DNA of 62,947 nt, filler included, from Sphacelaria rigidula (GCA_964200075.2; 11 parts of 11 records of this genome joined end to end with filler, not necessarily neighbours in it); one strand, 5' to 3'. Shown: positions 1 through 11,540, counted from the first letter of the whole stretch. The notes: generated by a model not told the origin, from the letters alone. Numbers and translations are program-made.

Positions 1-76
1 TTTAGGCCAGGGAAAGCACGACTTTTGAGTTGAACCTCATTTTTGTTTCAACCCCATTTTCGAAAATCGGCTGTTG
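1..76. mobile_element. Right terminus of foldback/MITE family (complete copy at 38441-38864)
   Basis: tttaggccagggaaagcacg...cgaaaatcggctgttg aligns with 38790-38865. Confidence 0.8.
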
Positions 77-103
77 ACTCGTTCTTGGCAGCGAAAGCTA
101 TCA

Positions 104-197
104 ATGGGTAGTTTGCCAAATCAGTCGATGACGACAACGACACCATCTTCTTCAGCAGTCGCTGCTGTCATATCTGAAATGACGTCCCAGCCTCGAG
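104..197 (+). CDS. Putative first or upstream exon of the Arg-rich protein (MGSLPNQSMTTTTPSSSAVAAVISEMTSQPR)
   Basis: ATG at 104 (or acceptor ggcag| at 91). Ends G|gtttct in phase 1, matching the phase-1 start of exon 273-434. The donor is weak and the intron is only 75 bp. Confidence 0.4.
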
Positions 198-272
198 GTT
201 TCTTGACGCGTACACAACGAGGGAAAAGGTTAAACGGCTAGTCATCCCTGCTGGAATTCGATATCACTGCAG

Positions 273-434
273 ATCTCCGTCGTAGAAGGAGGAGGAGGAA
301 CAGATTTCCTCGTCGGCGCCGCAACAGGGGTCGCCGCAACAGGGGTCGCCGCAACAGGCGGGGTCGCAAGAGGGCCCGGCGGAACAGGGGGCGCGGCAGA
401 AGAGGGAAGAAGAGCAAGAGGGACAATGACGGAG
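273..434 (+). CDS. Exon encoding an extremely Arg-rich, protamine-like segment
   Basis: Acceptor cactgcag|, donor GAG|gtatgt. The phase-1 frame reads LRRRRRRRNRFPRRRRNRGRRNRGRRNRRGRKRARRNRGRGRRGKKSKRDNDG (29 Arg in 53 codons, using CGT/CGC/CGG/AGA/AGG). Confidence 0.7.
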
Positions 435-1083
435 GTATGTCCGTCACTGTACAGCCGGGGTGGCGATACGGAGAAGCTCGTTGAGTTTAGAGAACAAGTT
501 TCGAGGTGAACTGATCGATGCAATATTTCTCTGTAATGCGTGAGAGTAACGAGTGCTGAAGGAACCGCACGGTAGTTCAGAACACCTCAGGCAGGATCGC
601 GTTTTCCGAAACTCATCGGGCCGGTTCCTGCGAGGACCATGCCCCTGACCCTAACCCAAACACTAGCGCTGACCCTAACCGTAACCCCAACCATGGAGGA
701 TATTGGCATCATCTACGATATAATATGCTTCTGCTCGAGCGAGGACATTGCTGGTGCATGCTGATTCCTTCCAGCATCTCACCGAAACCTCGAGCCACAT
801 TCTAATCGTGAAACATGCTATTTGTACGGCAAGACATGGGGACGAACTCTGCGTCAAATCTGTTGCACTCTTTAACACCCATCATTACGATCAGCCGGGT
901 TGTCAGTTAAATTAACGAGTCACCAGCTGGTCGGTGCTATCTGCATGCTTTCGAGATGATGCTCTGCTTAGGTCTACACAGACGCGTCAGTCTCGATGCT
1001 ATCATTTCAGTTATGCCACTTTTGTGCTGACAGTGGATCCATTCGCGTGTGGCTGGTCTGTTGTGGTGGCCCGTGTTGATCAG

Positions 1084-1169
1084 ACAAGAGGCGGAAGCAC
1101 CACGGAGATGATGACAAACACCGGAGCAGGAAGAACCGTGGGCACAAGGGCAAGCGAAGCGATGACTAG
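1084..1169 (+). CDS. Terminal coding exon of the Arg/Lys-rich protein (DKRRKHHGDDDKHRSRKNRGHKGKRSDD*)
   Basis: Acceptor gttgatcag| is phase-compatible with exon 273-434. TAG at 1167-1169, with a strong donor |gtgagt at 1176 (a 3'UTR intron in this model). Confidence 0.6.
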
Positions 1170-1470
1170 ACACCCGTGAGTCACATGGCATCGAGCAGGC
1201 TTTCGACTTTTTCTGCTCGGTCGTGCACGTACATCCAGTCAACATGGGATGACGTACAAGCGACGGTTTGGGTCGATACGAAGAAACAATTTTTCGCCAG
1301 CTGAATCTCGACCCTTGAATAGCTTCCCGGTGCCGTGTTGAGCACCAATGGTTGTTGCAGAATTCACATGCACCATTTCGCGGCCACACTGCAAAAAACA
1401 ATCAACGGATCGTTTAAACCCAGTTCAAGATATCGCCCTGCTGCTACTATACATTGATACCGTATCAATG

Positions 1471-2350
1471 TAGTAGTCAGCATCAGAAGTTTTCAGAATT
1501 CGCAGTTATGGTTCTTGAGGGTTTCTCGAGTATCATTCTTCATAACCTCTCGAAAGTGCTAGCTCCGGTAGATTTAGGGGAACGCGTAGGCCGCGCTCAA
1601 ACTGCATTGCCCAAGTTGGTGCTTTTGGGGAGATACGGACTAGATACTCCCTTCATCAGGAGGGTGTCATTGACCGTTTTTGGTCCGATGAAAACAGTTT
1701 CCCAGCTCTTCCGCAACGAAACAGTGAGTATTCAGATAACTGAAGATGTACACAATTCTTCACAATAACGATTGAGGTCGTGCTTCCCTCCTGTACTGCA
1801 CAGACGCCAGTCAAGCATTTTTTGCGGATGGCCTGATTTGTGTTTTTTATCGCATGCTATTCTCGATGAGCACTCGAAAGTGCTAGCGTCGATAGTTTTG
1901 GCAAAATCAGCAGACAGTGGTCAAATCACAATGCCCAAGTTGGTGTTCCGAGGGCGATACGGAGTGAAAGACCTCGTTTATCAGGAGGGTGTTATTGACC
2001 GTGGATGGTCCAACATACGAACTTTTCCGGTTGCAGCGCGGTGAACGGGTGCAATTAAAAAAAAGTAATCATTTTTCAGTCTTGACTTATATGATCGGGA
2101 TCGAGTCAGTCCACCGAAAATACCGAAAGGCTAGAACCTGGGGTTGCACTTCCGTAGGACCTCCGAAGATCGTTCAAATCCGTAACTCACTCAACATTGA
2201 TCGCAAATATATTTTCTTTCAACATTTGTCGGAAAAATAAAAGTATTTATAATCGTCACTGTGATGAGCGGAGGCAAGCGAAACAAATTTGTGAAATCTT
2301 TGAGAAACTAAGAAATTACGAATTCTGCATACTTCTGACGCTGACTACTG
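1471..2350. mobile_element. Tc1/mariner-type non-autonomous TIR element (~880 bp)
   Basis: ~35-bp imperfect TIRs (TAGTAGTCAGCATCAGAAGT.. / ..ACTTCTGACGCTGACTACTG) with TA after the right end. Internal direct repeat with ~320-bp spacing (1550-1690 vs 1872-2012). Other copies at 5733-5803 and 28071-28560. Confidence 0.85.
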
Positions 2351-2493
2351 TAGTTTCCGCCGTTTGGCGAAATACATGTTTGAACCTTGAAAGGGTACCG
2401 GCCGCCTGAGAGACCCCGCACACGAACATGCAGCGACCGCGTGCAGTCGTTTAACGCAACTATCAACTGTTCTCGTTCTTGGCAAACAAACAG

Positions 2494-2571
2494 GTGAAAG
2501 CGCCTCCTCACTCGAGTACGGGAGGGAGTCTGTGGCAACTAGTCGCGGGGCTTTTGTCACTGCCCCGACAG
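2494..2571 (+). CDS. Possible isolated exon, unknown product
   Basis: aaacag|GTGAAAGC...CCGACAG|gtgcta. 78 bp, open in two frames, no recognisable motif. Confidence 0.3.
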
Positions 2572-5500
2572 GTGCTAGACTGTGCGGCGGTTTGCCAGGC
2601 GCTTGGTGGAAGCTATGAACCTAGCTTGTTGTGTGTTTGTTGCACCACACAACTCAGTGTTGTAGGCAATTCCTGTACTGTCGCTGATTCTGACAAGAAA
2701 GGCACCTGAAGGTTGTCTCGTACGCATTTCATATATTTTGTAGCGGCTCCCGTTGCTGGGTGGAGGGGGGGGGCTCGGTAAAGGAACGTCCTGGGTTGTG
2801 ACAAACATCATTGCTTTCGTCGCAGCCACTGTATCGCTAACGTTTCTACTTTTCCTTCTATCGAGTTGAGCCCCATTTTGTAATGAGCACTGTGGATTTC
2901 GTCGCAACGACTGTGTGGACTGATACTTGTTTTGGTTCTTTCCCCCTGTTGTCATGTCGGGGATATGTAGGGGAAGTCCGATCACGGGCCGCGTTTGGGG
3001 GTAAGGGTGTATGTAGTCCAATTATTTGAGTCAGATACCCAAGTAAGGTACCTGTCAGCTCCACAATCGTATTCCACACTGAGCGAGTATATAGAGTATG
3101 AAGATTGTCGCCAGTAGTACGCGTTGAGTGAGGGTTTTAAAATATTCGTGAAAACGTGTGGTCAACGATGTTGCCCGCACGAAATATTCCGTTCAAGATA
3201 TTTACCCTGGGGTCTGAGACTTGTACCGTACATCGGAGATGGGGTTTAGATCATCGGATGCAGATGCTGTTGGAGCAAACAATGTTTATTATTAGTTACA
3301 TACCGCGGTTGATATAAAAAATATTATCTATCTCCAGATGGCGTCAAATTGACATGAGGCTTCCCTGTCCTCCCACCAGGTAAACGAGGAGAACGGCAGA
3401 GATTTTGCACTCGCAAGTAACACTCGCGGCGAAACATACAGCTTCTCCTCTATGAAATCCTGCGTTTTCCAACCTGTAAATCGTTTAATGCTCGTTGCTT
3501 TCTAATAAGAACCTTGAACCGTCAATTTCTGTTCCGTCCTGTACTGATTGCGGTATTCGCATGTCATGAAAGTTTGGTGTTGCTGCTTTACAGTATCTTC
3601 GAACGTGTGGGACGGACTCAAAGCGGCCGCTTTCGCTCAGATCACAAGAGACATTGTAATCGTGTTTACGGCGACGAAAGCTAGCGATGATCGGGTTTGC
3701 CTGCCGTACTTCTGCCAGCGGTGCTTGAAAGCCACGGGCCCTTTGAGGTTGGCGGTTGATGGCGTGGGTGTCAAATGCAACAAGTGGTAAGATCATGGAG
3801 TACCCTTGTTCTTCGTGGGTTCATATGTCGCCCAAGGTGGTGACGCGTGATCTCGTCACATCGGAATTCATTCTTGAAAGCTGCTGTACCGAGGTGTTCA
3901 CGCACCCAGCGCGTGCTCCAGATTGCAGCATGGATGCACCCCTCTGCACCACGCTCGCAACGGTTCGTCGATCACTACCACAGGTATCTTTCTTCACTCC
4001 GCATGTCAAGAAGATCTCCACAAGGTCTTGATTTCTCACACACCCTTCCTCTTCCCCAACTGGCGTCTCGCACGCCGTTGTCGTTGGGCATCCATAGGGT
4101 CGCTCACATGAATGTCGGGTGAAATCAATGATGAACGAGACCCCTCAAGTTCAAATTGGATATATCTGTTGGTTTCGCCGCACCACCGCCCTTGCTGGCA
4201 TGTGTGTGACAGAGAACAGTAGTAGCGGCGACGGGAACATTGCCCTATTTTTCAACGACATGTTTTTCAGCGCACAGAGGCGCGTCCTGTCCAGAAGGAG
4301 AGGCAGAGAAAAATCGATCTTCGCATTCGTGAGCTCGACAGGCACTTGTAAGACGAGAGAGAATCTCTCGGCAGCTCGATGTTTCGACACCCCGAAAATT
4401 GGGTAAATGCCGGTAACGTCAATGATGCCAGTCTCGAGCGATTTGTAATCGCCGGGCGAGGACACAAAGGACACGGGCGAGGAGCTTCCTCTCTGTCGTT
4501 GCTTCTCTCGGCTTACTCGCCCCGGAGTAGGCAACCTCAGTACACCTTTGCCCTGATATGTTTTCACGAACAGAGGCTCAAGCCGTGTGTGCCAGGCGGC
4601 AAGCGAAGCTGCGCAGTAACAACCGACTCAGATCCAAATCCAGTTGTCACAGAAATTGGTTATCTCCTTATACTTTACAATAAGAACCAGAGCCAGTAGT
4701 TTCCCCACGATCACAAACCTCTCTGGTGAGGACTCACTTGGAACTCAGAGCAACGGCGGCAAGGCTGATGATATCCTGGGCTCAAGATAGAGTGCTCATA
4801 GGAGGGCTCTGGGCGACCGCGTGACTACCTTTCGCAGGAAATATATCCGTATTACATCAAAACAAAATGACCAAAGGGCAGAAACCCTCCATCCAACGAA
4901 CGTTCCGGGAACACTATCCGTTGTGCACATGATCATTCAATGTGCAACAGACATCAACCATACCGTATCTCCCATCGACTATTCGGAACATGAAATTGGA
5001 TCTTTCAACAAACTGACATCCCTCGGCGGCCAATCAAGAGTCATATCCGACGTTCATTTACTCCGACATCTGTGTGTCCAGAACGCTGCGGTACCTTATC
5101 GACGCTAGTCCCTTCAAATACCATAACAATAGCCCACCCTGAAAGGTGAGCATGCAGACGCTCGAAGACGCCGCTGTGTATGACGGTATGGTCAGGGTAT
5201 TTGCGTAATCTCGAGCTTCGAAGGCTCACGTTTCACCATCATCTCCCACACCACAAAAATATTTTAGATGAAAATAAAACAAGGGCAAAGGAGAAATCCC
5301 GCATCATGGCAAATAACGGAGTTTCAGCTTCGGCCTGCCAACCACAACCTACAAGACAAGCACGTCACCCGGACGGTCAAATTATACTCATCAGCATGGA
5401 ATACAAAAAAAAACTACACGCCGTCGATAAAGTCAGCGCGTTACTCGGATGGTCTCACGACCAACACTCTGGAAATCCACACAAACCAGACTATTCCTCA

Positions 5501-5632
5501 GGCGACGAGAACTGTACGACCCACGGTCGAACGAATATCAAGGGGGAGCGCAACAGTCAACAACAAATTGTGCGAATTGAGGTTTAACTCCGAGATGAGG
5601 TTCAAGCCTAAAACAGTGCTTTCCCCACACTT

Positions 5633-5732
5633 NNNNNNNNNNNNNNNNNNNNNNNNNNNNNNNNNNNNNNNNNNNNTTAATTAATTAANNNNNNNNNNNN
5701 NNNNNNNNNNNNNNNNNNNNNNNNNNNNNNNN
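5633..5732. other. Artificial contig-joining spacer (first of 10)
   Basis: N44+TTAATTAATTAA (stops in all six frames)+N44. The same spacer occurs at 11365-11464, 17097-17196, 22829-22928, 28561-28660, 34293-34392, 40024-40123, 45755-45854, 51486-51585 and 57217-57316. Confidence 0.99.
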
Positions 5733-5803
5733 AAAACAAATTTGGACAATCTTTGAGAAACTAAAAAATTACGGATTCTGCATACTTCTGACGCTGACTA
5801 CTG
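5733..5803. mobile_element. Right end of the Tc1/mariner-type element family
   Basis: Near-identical to 2281-2350 and followed by TA. Confidence 0.85.
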
Positions 5804-6976
5804 TATTCATTTCTCATCCAGAGCATGAAAATCGTACCGTGACTGTTGTACTACCGATTTTTGTCTGAGCGCAGATAAAGAAGGTCTACCAGAGGTTCCT
5901 GCAAGCCCTTCTTGGCTTGTCTGAAGAAACAGTCCATGATATTCGGGTGCGAGACCACTCCAACCATCGGCACATGCGACATTTTCCGGACAGGATTCGA
6001 AGTCTTTGGCAGGTATTTTGTGTAGTCGCTCGTCCTGATGATATGTGTCATTTGGTTTGAGGTTGACGTTTCGCAAAGACACGCCTCCGTTTGTTTATTT
6101 TTGCTCTCCTGCTTTTGCGTTCGAGCTGAGGTCTTGCCATAAAAAAATCATTTTCCACTTTGATGATCGACCGCTGCATCCCACCTCTCTTCACTGTGTA
6201 TTCGAAGAGTGAGCGCAGAAGTTTTGGCATGCGAAAGCAGGGTGCCTTATGCTCGGCGTTTGCATAGTACCACCGTCGTGGACGCAAATGTGTTGAAATT
6301 CGAGCGTTGCCACGGCGTATTGAATCGTTGCACCCACAGCATTTTTGCACCGCTACTCCAAGTTGTATCAGTCTGAGTCGTTGACTTGGTTGCCGGAATT
6401 TCTGCATTATTCGAGGTGGTTGACTCGAGATGTATCCCTTGATTTCCCTTTGATTGTTCAGCCTTCGTGACATCTTCATGATAGGTGCGCGCGTGAATGG
6501 CTGATGAAAGCTTGCAAAGTTAACCCTTTTGGCACCGGGCCTCCATAACGACCAATGAGGCTGGTTGGGAATGACGTGTCTGGCGTCTGCACAAAACAGT
6601 GGCGTGTTGCTGAAAATCCACGTATGTAACAGCCGCATGCAGGGTTAGGAGGAAGACCGAAAGTTGGATCCAATCTTTTTTTCAGGTGCAAATACAAACT
6701 GTGATCCGGGTGGGTTGCGCATTAGGTGATGTAGTGTACATCTCATCAACGAGCACTATGGATCCCCGTAGAGAGCTTTCAACATGGCGGGGCGCCCGCC
6801 ACTTGTGGCTTTGGATAATATTGTTGTCCCCATTACGTTGCCACACAGCCCTTTGCGGTCGGGGTGGGCCGCGATTTGCCTCTATGTTGCAAGCAGCATA
6901 CTCTCTTCGAAGGGTATGGGCATTGCGGCGCACATAAATACATTACATACAGTACAGTGCAGTACGCCTCTCCGAC

Positions 6977-7165
6977 TGTAGCAGTAGCTACCGCTGTATA
7001 CTCCCTTGCACGTTCTGGGCAGTTGTCAGCTACCGAAATCAGCTGCCTATACACAGCTTGTTCATCCCCACCCACTACATATATGTTCACAGTGTTCTGC
7101 AAGTCATCGGCAGAGGGATAAGCGAAATTCATTACGGTAGCTCCTTTTGTCTTTCCACGGCCCAC
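6977..7165 (-). CDS. Exon of an uncharacterised protein (VGRGKTKGATVMNFAYPSADDLQNTVNIYVVGGDEQAVYRQLISV...)
   Basis: Acceptor cactaaacccag|GTG in phase 0, in frame with exon 7369-7505. The 3' boundary is uncertain. Confidence 0.55.
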
Positions 7166-7368
7166 CTGGGTTTAGTGCCTCGTGAAAATGACCACACTGG
7201 GGCGTGTACACCCCTTCCCAATTTTTCCCACTCCACCATGTGTTGGTGTAATTACTACGTTTGAGTAAAGGCTGGCGACCCAAAAACACTCCCGGGAAAC
7301 CCCGGGGACGCTATACTGAATGCAAGTAATACGTAAAGCTATTCTCCGAGCATCCTGGATTTGCATAC

Positions 7369-7505
7369 CTGGGAAGGCTTATCTGGGCCAGGGATAGGGC
7401 CCCACACGATCTTTGCTGTGACATCACACTCGGTGACAGTCCCCGCGCTGGTCGTTCGGGTCTGGTCGATAAACTTCGCCTCGCCATGATCGAGCAGGTC
7501 GCTCC
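7369..7505 (-). CDS. Exon of an uncharacterised protein (SDLLDHGEAKFIDQTRTTSAGTVTECDVTAKIVWGPIPGPDKPSQ)
   Basis: Acceptor atgtcag|, donor CAG|gtatgc. The phase-0 end matches the next exon. Confidence 0.6.
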
Positions 7506-8648
7506 CTGACATATTTTTTATTATTTCACCCACACAAGGTCAACCCCGTGTTAGCGGGGGGTCGGTCCCAAAATGGTTCATGTAGAAATCATCAACACAC
7601 GTAGGTGCGAACCAATGCCAAGCTAATGAGCGCATGTTTCCACACGTGGTGACGGCACATTGTTGTACAAGGCAGCGGTGTCGACACTTGAGGCGTGGCG
7701 TCCGATTTCATTTATGTCTACATTCAAGATACATACAGAGGGTTTTTACCGGTTCTCTATCCAATGATTGCCGGTCACTGCTTCAGGTGCTACAGGCCTT
7801 CTCTTTGAGGTAGCGACTACGCGAAATCGCGGCAATCTTACTGCGCTACGCTCCTTCTGTTTTTGCTCACGCTTTTATAACGCAGCTTTCGCTCTTTCGC
7901 TCTGCCGCCTTTGTGTTTCGTGCCTGAACGCTCTCGTATGTGTACCTACTAATGTCATAAGTTGCGGCCAGACGATGGCGGTTTTCCTATAAGGTGTTCA
8001 GCTCTCAGATGAAGTGCTTCGAAGTATGTAATGCGATATTTACGCCTATTTTCGGAAAGAGGAAGAAGCACCGCAAGCATCCTTCAGCCTGCTTTCACAC
8101 GACATGCATACGGCCGTCAGTAGATGATTGAAACACCCGTTTCTGCTGCGTGCGCACCACTGGATGATGATTTGTTCACGCTCTCAGGCCGAGCCGTGCA
8201 TGTTGGGTGGCACTGCGGACCCCGAGTTGATATTTCGCATGGGAGAAGACGCTCGCTCATGTATGGCAATACGGCTTCTCTGTTTCATTAACAACCGCGC
8301 GCTTCTGGGGTAGGCACTGTAAGCATTTTTAGTTGCTTGATTGCGCGTGGTGTGACGCTTTCCTCCCCGCATTGTTGTCCGTCGTTCAGTGTGCTGTTTT
8401 ACTGCTGTTTTACTTGCATCTCGAGGTTGGCATGCTCATATTGCCATTTGTTTTGCTTGTTCAAGTGTTGGAGATGTTCAGCGGGTTGGCTTTTTTGCAT
8501 GTTGCGAAAGTACTTCATATCAATGTGTTGTAAAATACGTGTAGCCGTTGTAGAGAACATGTCATGGTGCCCCGTAAGACGTGAAAGCGACGGTATTGCA
8601 AGCAGTAAATACTACTCTTGGTAGAACAGAACTTTCGCGGAATATTCG

Positions 8649-8896
8649 ACACTCTCTACGATAGCCCCCCCCCCCAAAAAAGTGCATGCTTTTGGAACGA
8701 AAAATCTTCACATGAATCGAAATGGGAAAAGCCGAGCACAATGAGCAGCTGAGAATTCCCCCGCCTGGGTTCGTTTCAGCCAATGTCGCCAATATGAGGC
8801 GCTTCATGCGGCGTGAACTCCAGCACCAGGCGCTGTATGACCATTTTTTTGTGACATTTTTCGACTGGTTTTGCGGGGGGCTATCGTAGAAAGTGT
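8649..8896. mobile_element. MITE with ACACT..AGTGT termini (copy 1)
   Basis: ~20-bp TIRs ACACTCTCTACGATAGCCCC / GGGGCTATCGTAGAAAGTGT. Inverted homologue at 36803-37047. Flanks tattcg/gattct. Confidence 0.85.
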
Positions 8897-8939
8897 GATT
8901 CTTACTTGACTGGAGGGTAGACACAGAAATTCGAATGCT

Positions 8940-9150
8940 TGGTGGGACTGACAGTCCGAAGTAACCCTGGCGTGCGTAGGACGCGTTTTCGTGTAAATTT
9001 CCGCCGCAGACGCTGATTTGAGGTCTGTCAACACCGCGCCTTGCCCAGGGAATACTTTGCAACCCCCTTGTTCGAGGGTTCTTATACGCCTTGCTTGGGA
9101 CTAGGGTTAGGGTTAGAGTTATTTCGAGGTCATATATTTCCGAGAACGCT
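8940..9150 (+). repeat. Dispersed repeat carrying a telomere-like (TTAGGG) tract
   Basis: Aligns by eye with 54040-54290 (+), 46960-47115 (-) and 61135-61320 (-). Contains CTAGGGTTAGGGTTAG. Confidence 0.65.
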
Positions 9151-9908
9151 ACCAAGTGGTAACATGACCTCACTGCATGCTCTGACCGCCTCACCCATGG
9201 ACTGTATCCACTATTCCCCTGGCTTTGTTAATTTGCTTGAAATTTCTCAAAAGTCGCTTGATTGCCTTCCACAGTCTTTTCCACTTGACAATAGACACAG
9301 GGAGCTGAAAGTGCTGTGTTTTTGCGTCTTAAGTTGTTCTGCTGCCCACCCTCGCGCGCGCTGTTGCCCATTCGCCAGATGAGATCCTCGTGGAAACAAG
9401 TCTCCTTTCTATGGTACATCTATGACCCCATATCTTCGTGCACTACGGGTGACCTTTGTTCGGGTTGGGGCTAACATAAGGGAGGGTACTGGTACTACTA
9501 CCCTTAGCCGTAGACCATGAGGGCAACCTATTTCGGTATTCTTCTGGAAAACTGACATGAACCCGGCAGAGTGATAACCGCTCTCTGAACATGTTAATTA
9601 TCCATGTTCAAGGTCAAGTTGCGTCATAATGCCGTAGGTACTCGCCAGGGTTGGGCATGAGGTTGATGTGGCCAAATGTTTCCGCTTCCCGGTGTTAGTA
9701 GACGTAGGCCGATGGATACATGATACATGCAACATCGCAATTGGCAAGAATAGTTATGCAACTGCTCGTTTGAATGTTTCAGTGATTATCTCAACTAGCG
9801 CTGTATCCATACATTCAGGTACCTCCTGCAAGGCAACGTTCGCCTCGTGTGCGTGCAGTCGGAGGTTGGACGCATGGAGGCTCGAGCGGTGATACGATTA
9901 TTGCTCAG

Positions 9909-9987
9909 GAAGGACACGATGGCACCCGTCCTTTTCATGGAGCCTGTGCACTACAATAAGGAGCCTTGTGCCGACCTCGAGGAGCAG
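9909..9987 (+). CDS. Exon of an uncharacterised protein (KDTMAPVLFMEPVHYNKEPCADLEEQ)
   Basis: ttgctcag| ... CAG|gtccga. The phase-0 end joins the exon at 10201. Confidence 0.5.
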
Positions 9988-10200
9988 GTCCGATGTCTCG
10001 CTAATGCTTTGTTGTTTTGTGTTCTTGCTGTGCAGTGCACGTGTTGCCTTGCCACAGTTTACAGTAGCACCTGATGTCACGTCTCTGTGTCGGTTCTTTC
10101 GATGTCGCAGCTCGCAAACTGCTTTCGTGCGGATGCCTTGTGCTCACGCAAATACGCTACCGTGCGTCCTCGTGGTCGGCGTTTCTCTGCTGTGTTGAAG

Positions 10201-10422
10201 GTCGTGCTGCAGGCGAAAGAGATAAGCGAGGCACTAGAAGTCCCGATTTACCGCGCCGGCGACACTATCCCCAGGAATCAACCCCCCACACCTTCCTTCG
10301 GCCCCACGAATGACGGCGAAGATGGCGATGCTGCGCAGGAATCTCGGAAATCTGGTGGTGACGCCTCGGCCGATGTAGGAACACCCCTTGACACGTTGCC
10401 GCAGGCTAGAGATTTCGGGTAG
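10201..10422 (+). CDS. Probable terminal exon of an uncharacterised protein (VVLQAKEISEALEVPIYRAGD...)
   Basis: Acceptor tgttgaag| in phase 0, open to TAG at 10422, with a low-complexity acidic tail. Confidence 0.55.
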   Translation, partial: VVLQAKEISEALEVPIYRAGDTIPRNQPPTPSFGPTNDGEDGDAAQESRKSGGDASADVGTPLDTLPQARDFG

Positions 10423-11294
10423 TCTTTCGCGTGTGGTTTATCACTGTGTGCAGGGGTGGTGGCCAGTTCTTGCCTGCAGTGGTGTGGCTTCTTGACCGCA
10501 CATGAGTGAGCTAGGTGGATTCATCAGTATTTCGGGCAAATTATGTGTATTTTACGCATCTGCGCCTCTATATTTCGTACGTAACGTACAGTTAGAGATA
10601 CTCATCGGGCCCCACAAAGTGTCCGGGCTGTTCGACGACACAATTCCGACCATAGACAACTCATCTATTTTTCCTTTGATTTTCCCTCTAGGATGCTTTA
10701 CCTGGATACATTTGATTTTATAATCCACTCTCTTGATGGGTTAATCGTGCGGTCAGGCCATGCCCTCCCTGTCCAGACGCTACAAACCTCCACACCTTTA
10801 ACACGGAGCCGGCCGTACTGGTTTTTTTCCAGTGCTCTTGAAGCGTACCCTCAAAACCCAGAAAAAAGTCGGTTTCCAGCTTATTCTGCTGACCGCTTGA
10901 GGTTTTTCTGAAGTGGCTACCGTAGCGTTCTGCACTCGGGTTAGACAAGCACAACGCAAAAATCAGCGCTCGAATCGCACAAGTCGCCGACGAGAACCGG
11001 TTTGGCAAATCCGGCCTCTCTGTGGAGTGTCTCGAAACAAGCCACAAATCGAGGGGGCTGGGGCGGAGACCTCCGAGGAGAAGTCTGATGCGGAGTAACT
11101 TTGTTCAGGATCGGGCCTGTATGTGTACGTGTCTACGCGATGGAGTTTTTTACGGAGTAACTTGCTTTGTTTCGGCGCGTGCTTGTGCTTATCTTATGCG
11201 TGTGTATGTGTTTCTCATCCGATCCTCGTTATCTGATTGGCTTGCTCGATTTTTCCGTCAGGAAAATCCAAGGCATCTTTTAAAAAAGTACATC

Positions 11295-11364
11295 TGGCCG
11301 GTCGCCCCGGTGGCTCAGTTGGTAACCTCGTAACCTTGTGATGGTTGAGTTGGGGGGTTCGATT
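11295..11364 (+). mobile_element. 5' head of tRNA-derived SINE family A (truncated by contig end)
   Basis: tggccggtcgccccggTGGCTCAGTTGG...GGTTCGATT (Pol III A/B boxes). Same start as 47144. Confidence 0.8.
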
Positions 11365-11464
11365 NNNNNNNNNNNNNNNNNNNNNNNNNNNNNNNNNNNN
11401 NNNNNNNNTTAATTAATTAANNNNNNNNNNNNNNNNNNNNNNNNNNNNNNNNNNNNNNNNNNNN

Positions 11465-11540
11465 GTCCCGACTCTGTAGGGATGCGAGGTTAATGGTCTG
11501 ATGACTATGGCACGCATGATCATGAGTACACCCCCCGCTC
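11465..11540 (+). mobile_element. 3' end of the direct-repeat/LINE-tailed non-autonomous retroelement
   Basis: gtagggatgcgagg...catgatcatgagtacacccccc matches 28705-28780 and 29080-29155. Confidence 0.75.

Noticed and set aside
238..523. Minus-strand Pro/Ala-rich and Leu/Arg-rich ORFs in the track
   Set aside because: They are best explained as antisense shadows of the plus-strand Arg-rich exon, which has strong splice sites and phase-compatible neighbours.
3923..3983. Ankyrin-like snippet HGCTPLHHARNG between ag and gt
   Set aside because: A single short motif with no supporting repeat or in-phase neighbouring exons; it may be chance.
3485..4700. Several 70-140 aa ORFs on both strands
   Set aside because: No recognisable domain or consistent splice structure. 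Possibly decayed coding or TE sequence, but I cannot support a call.
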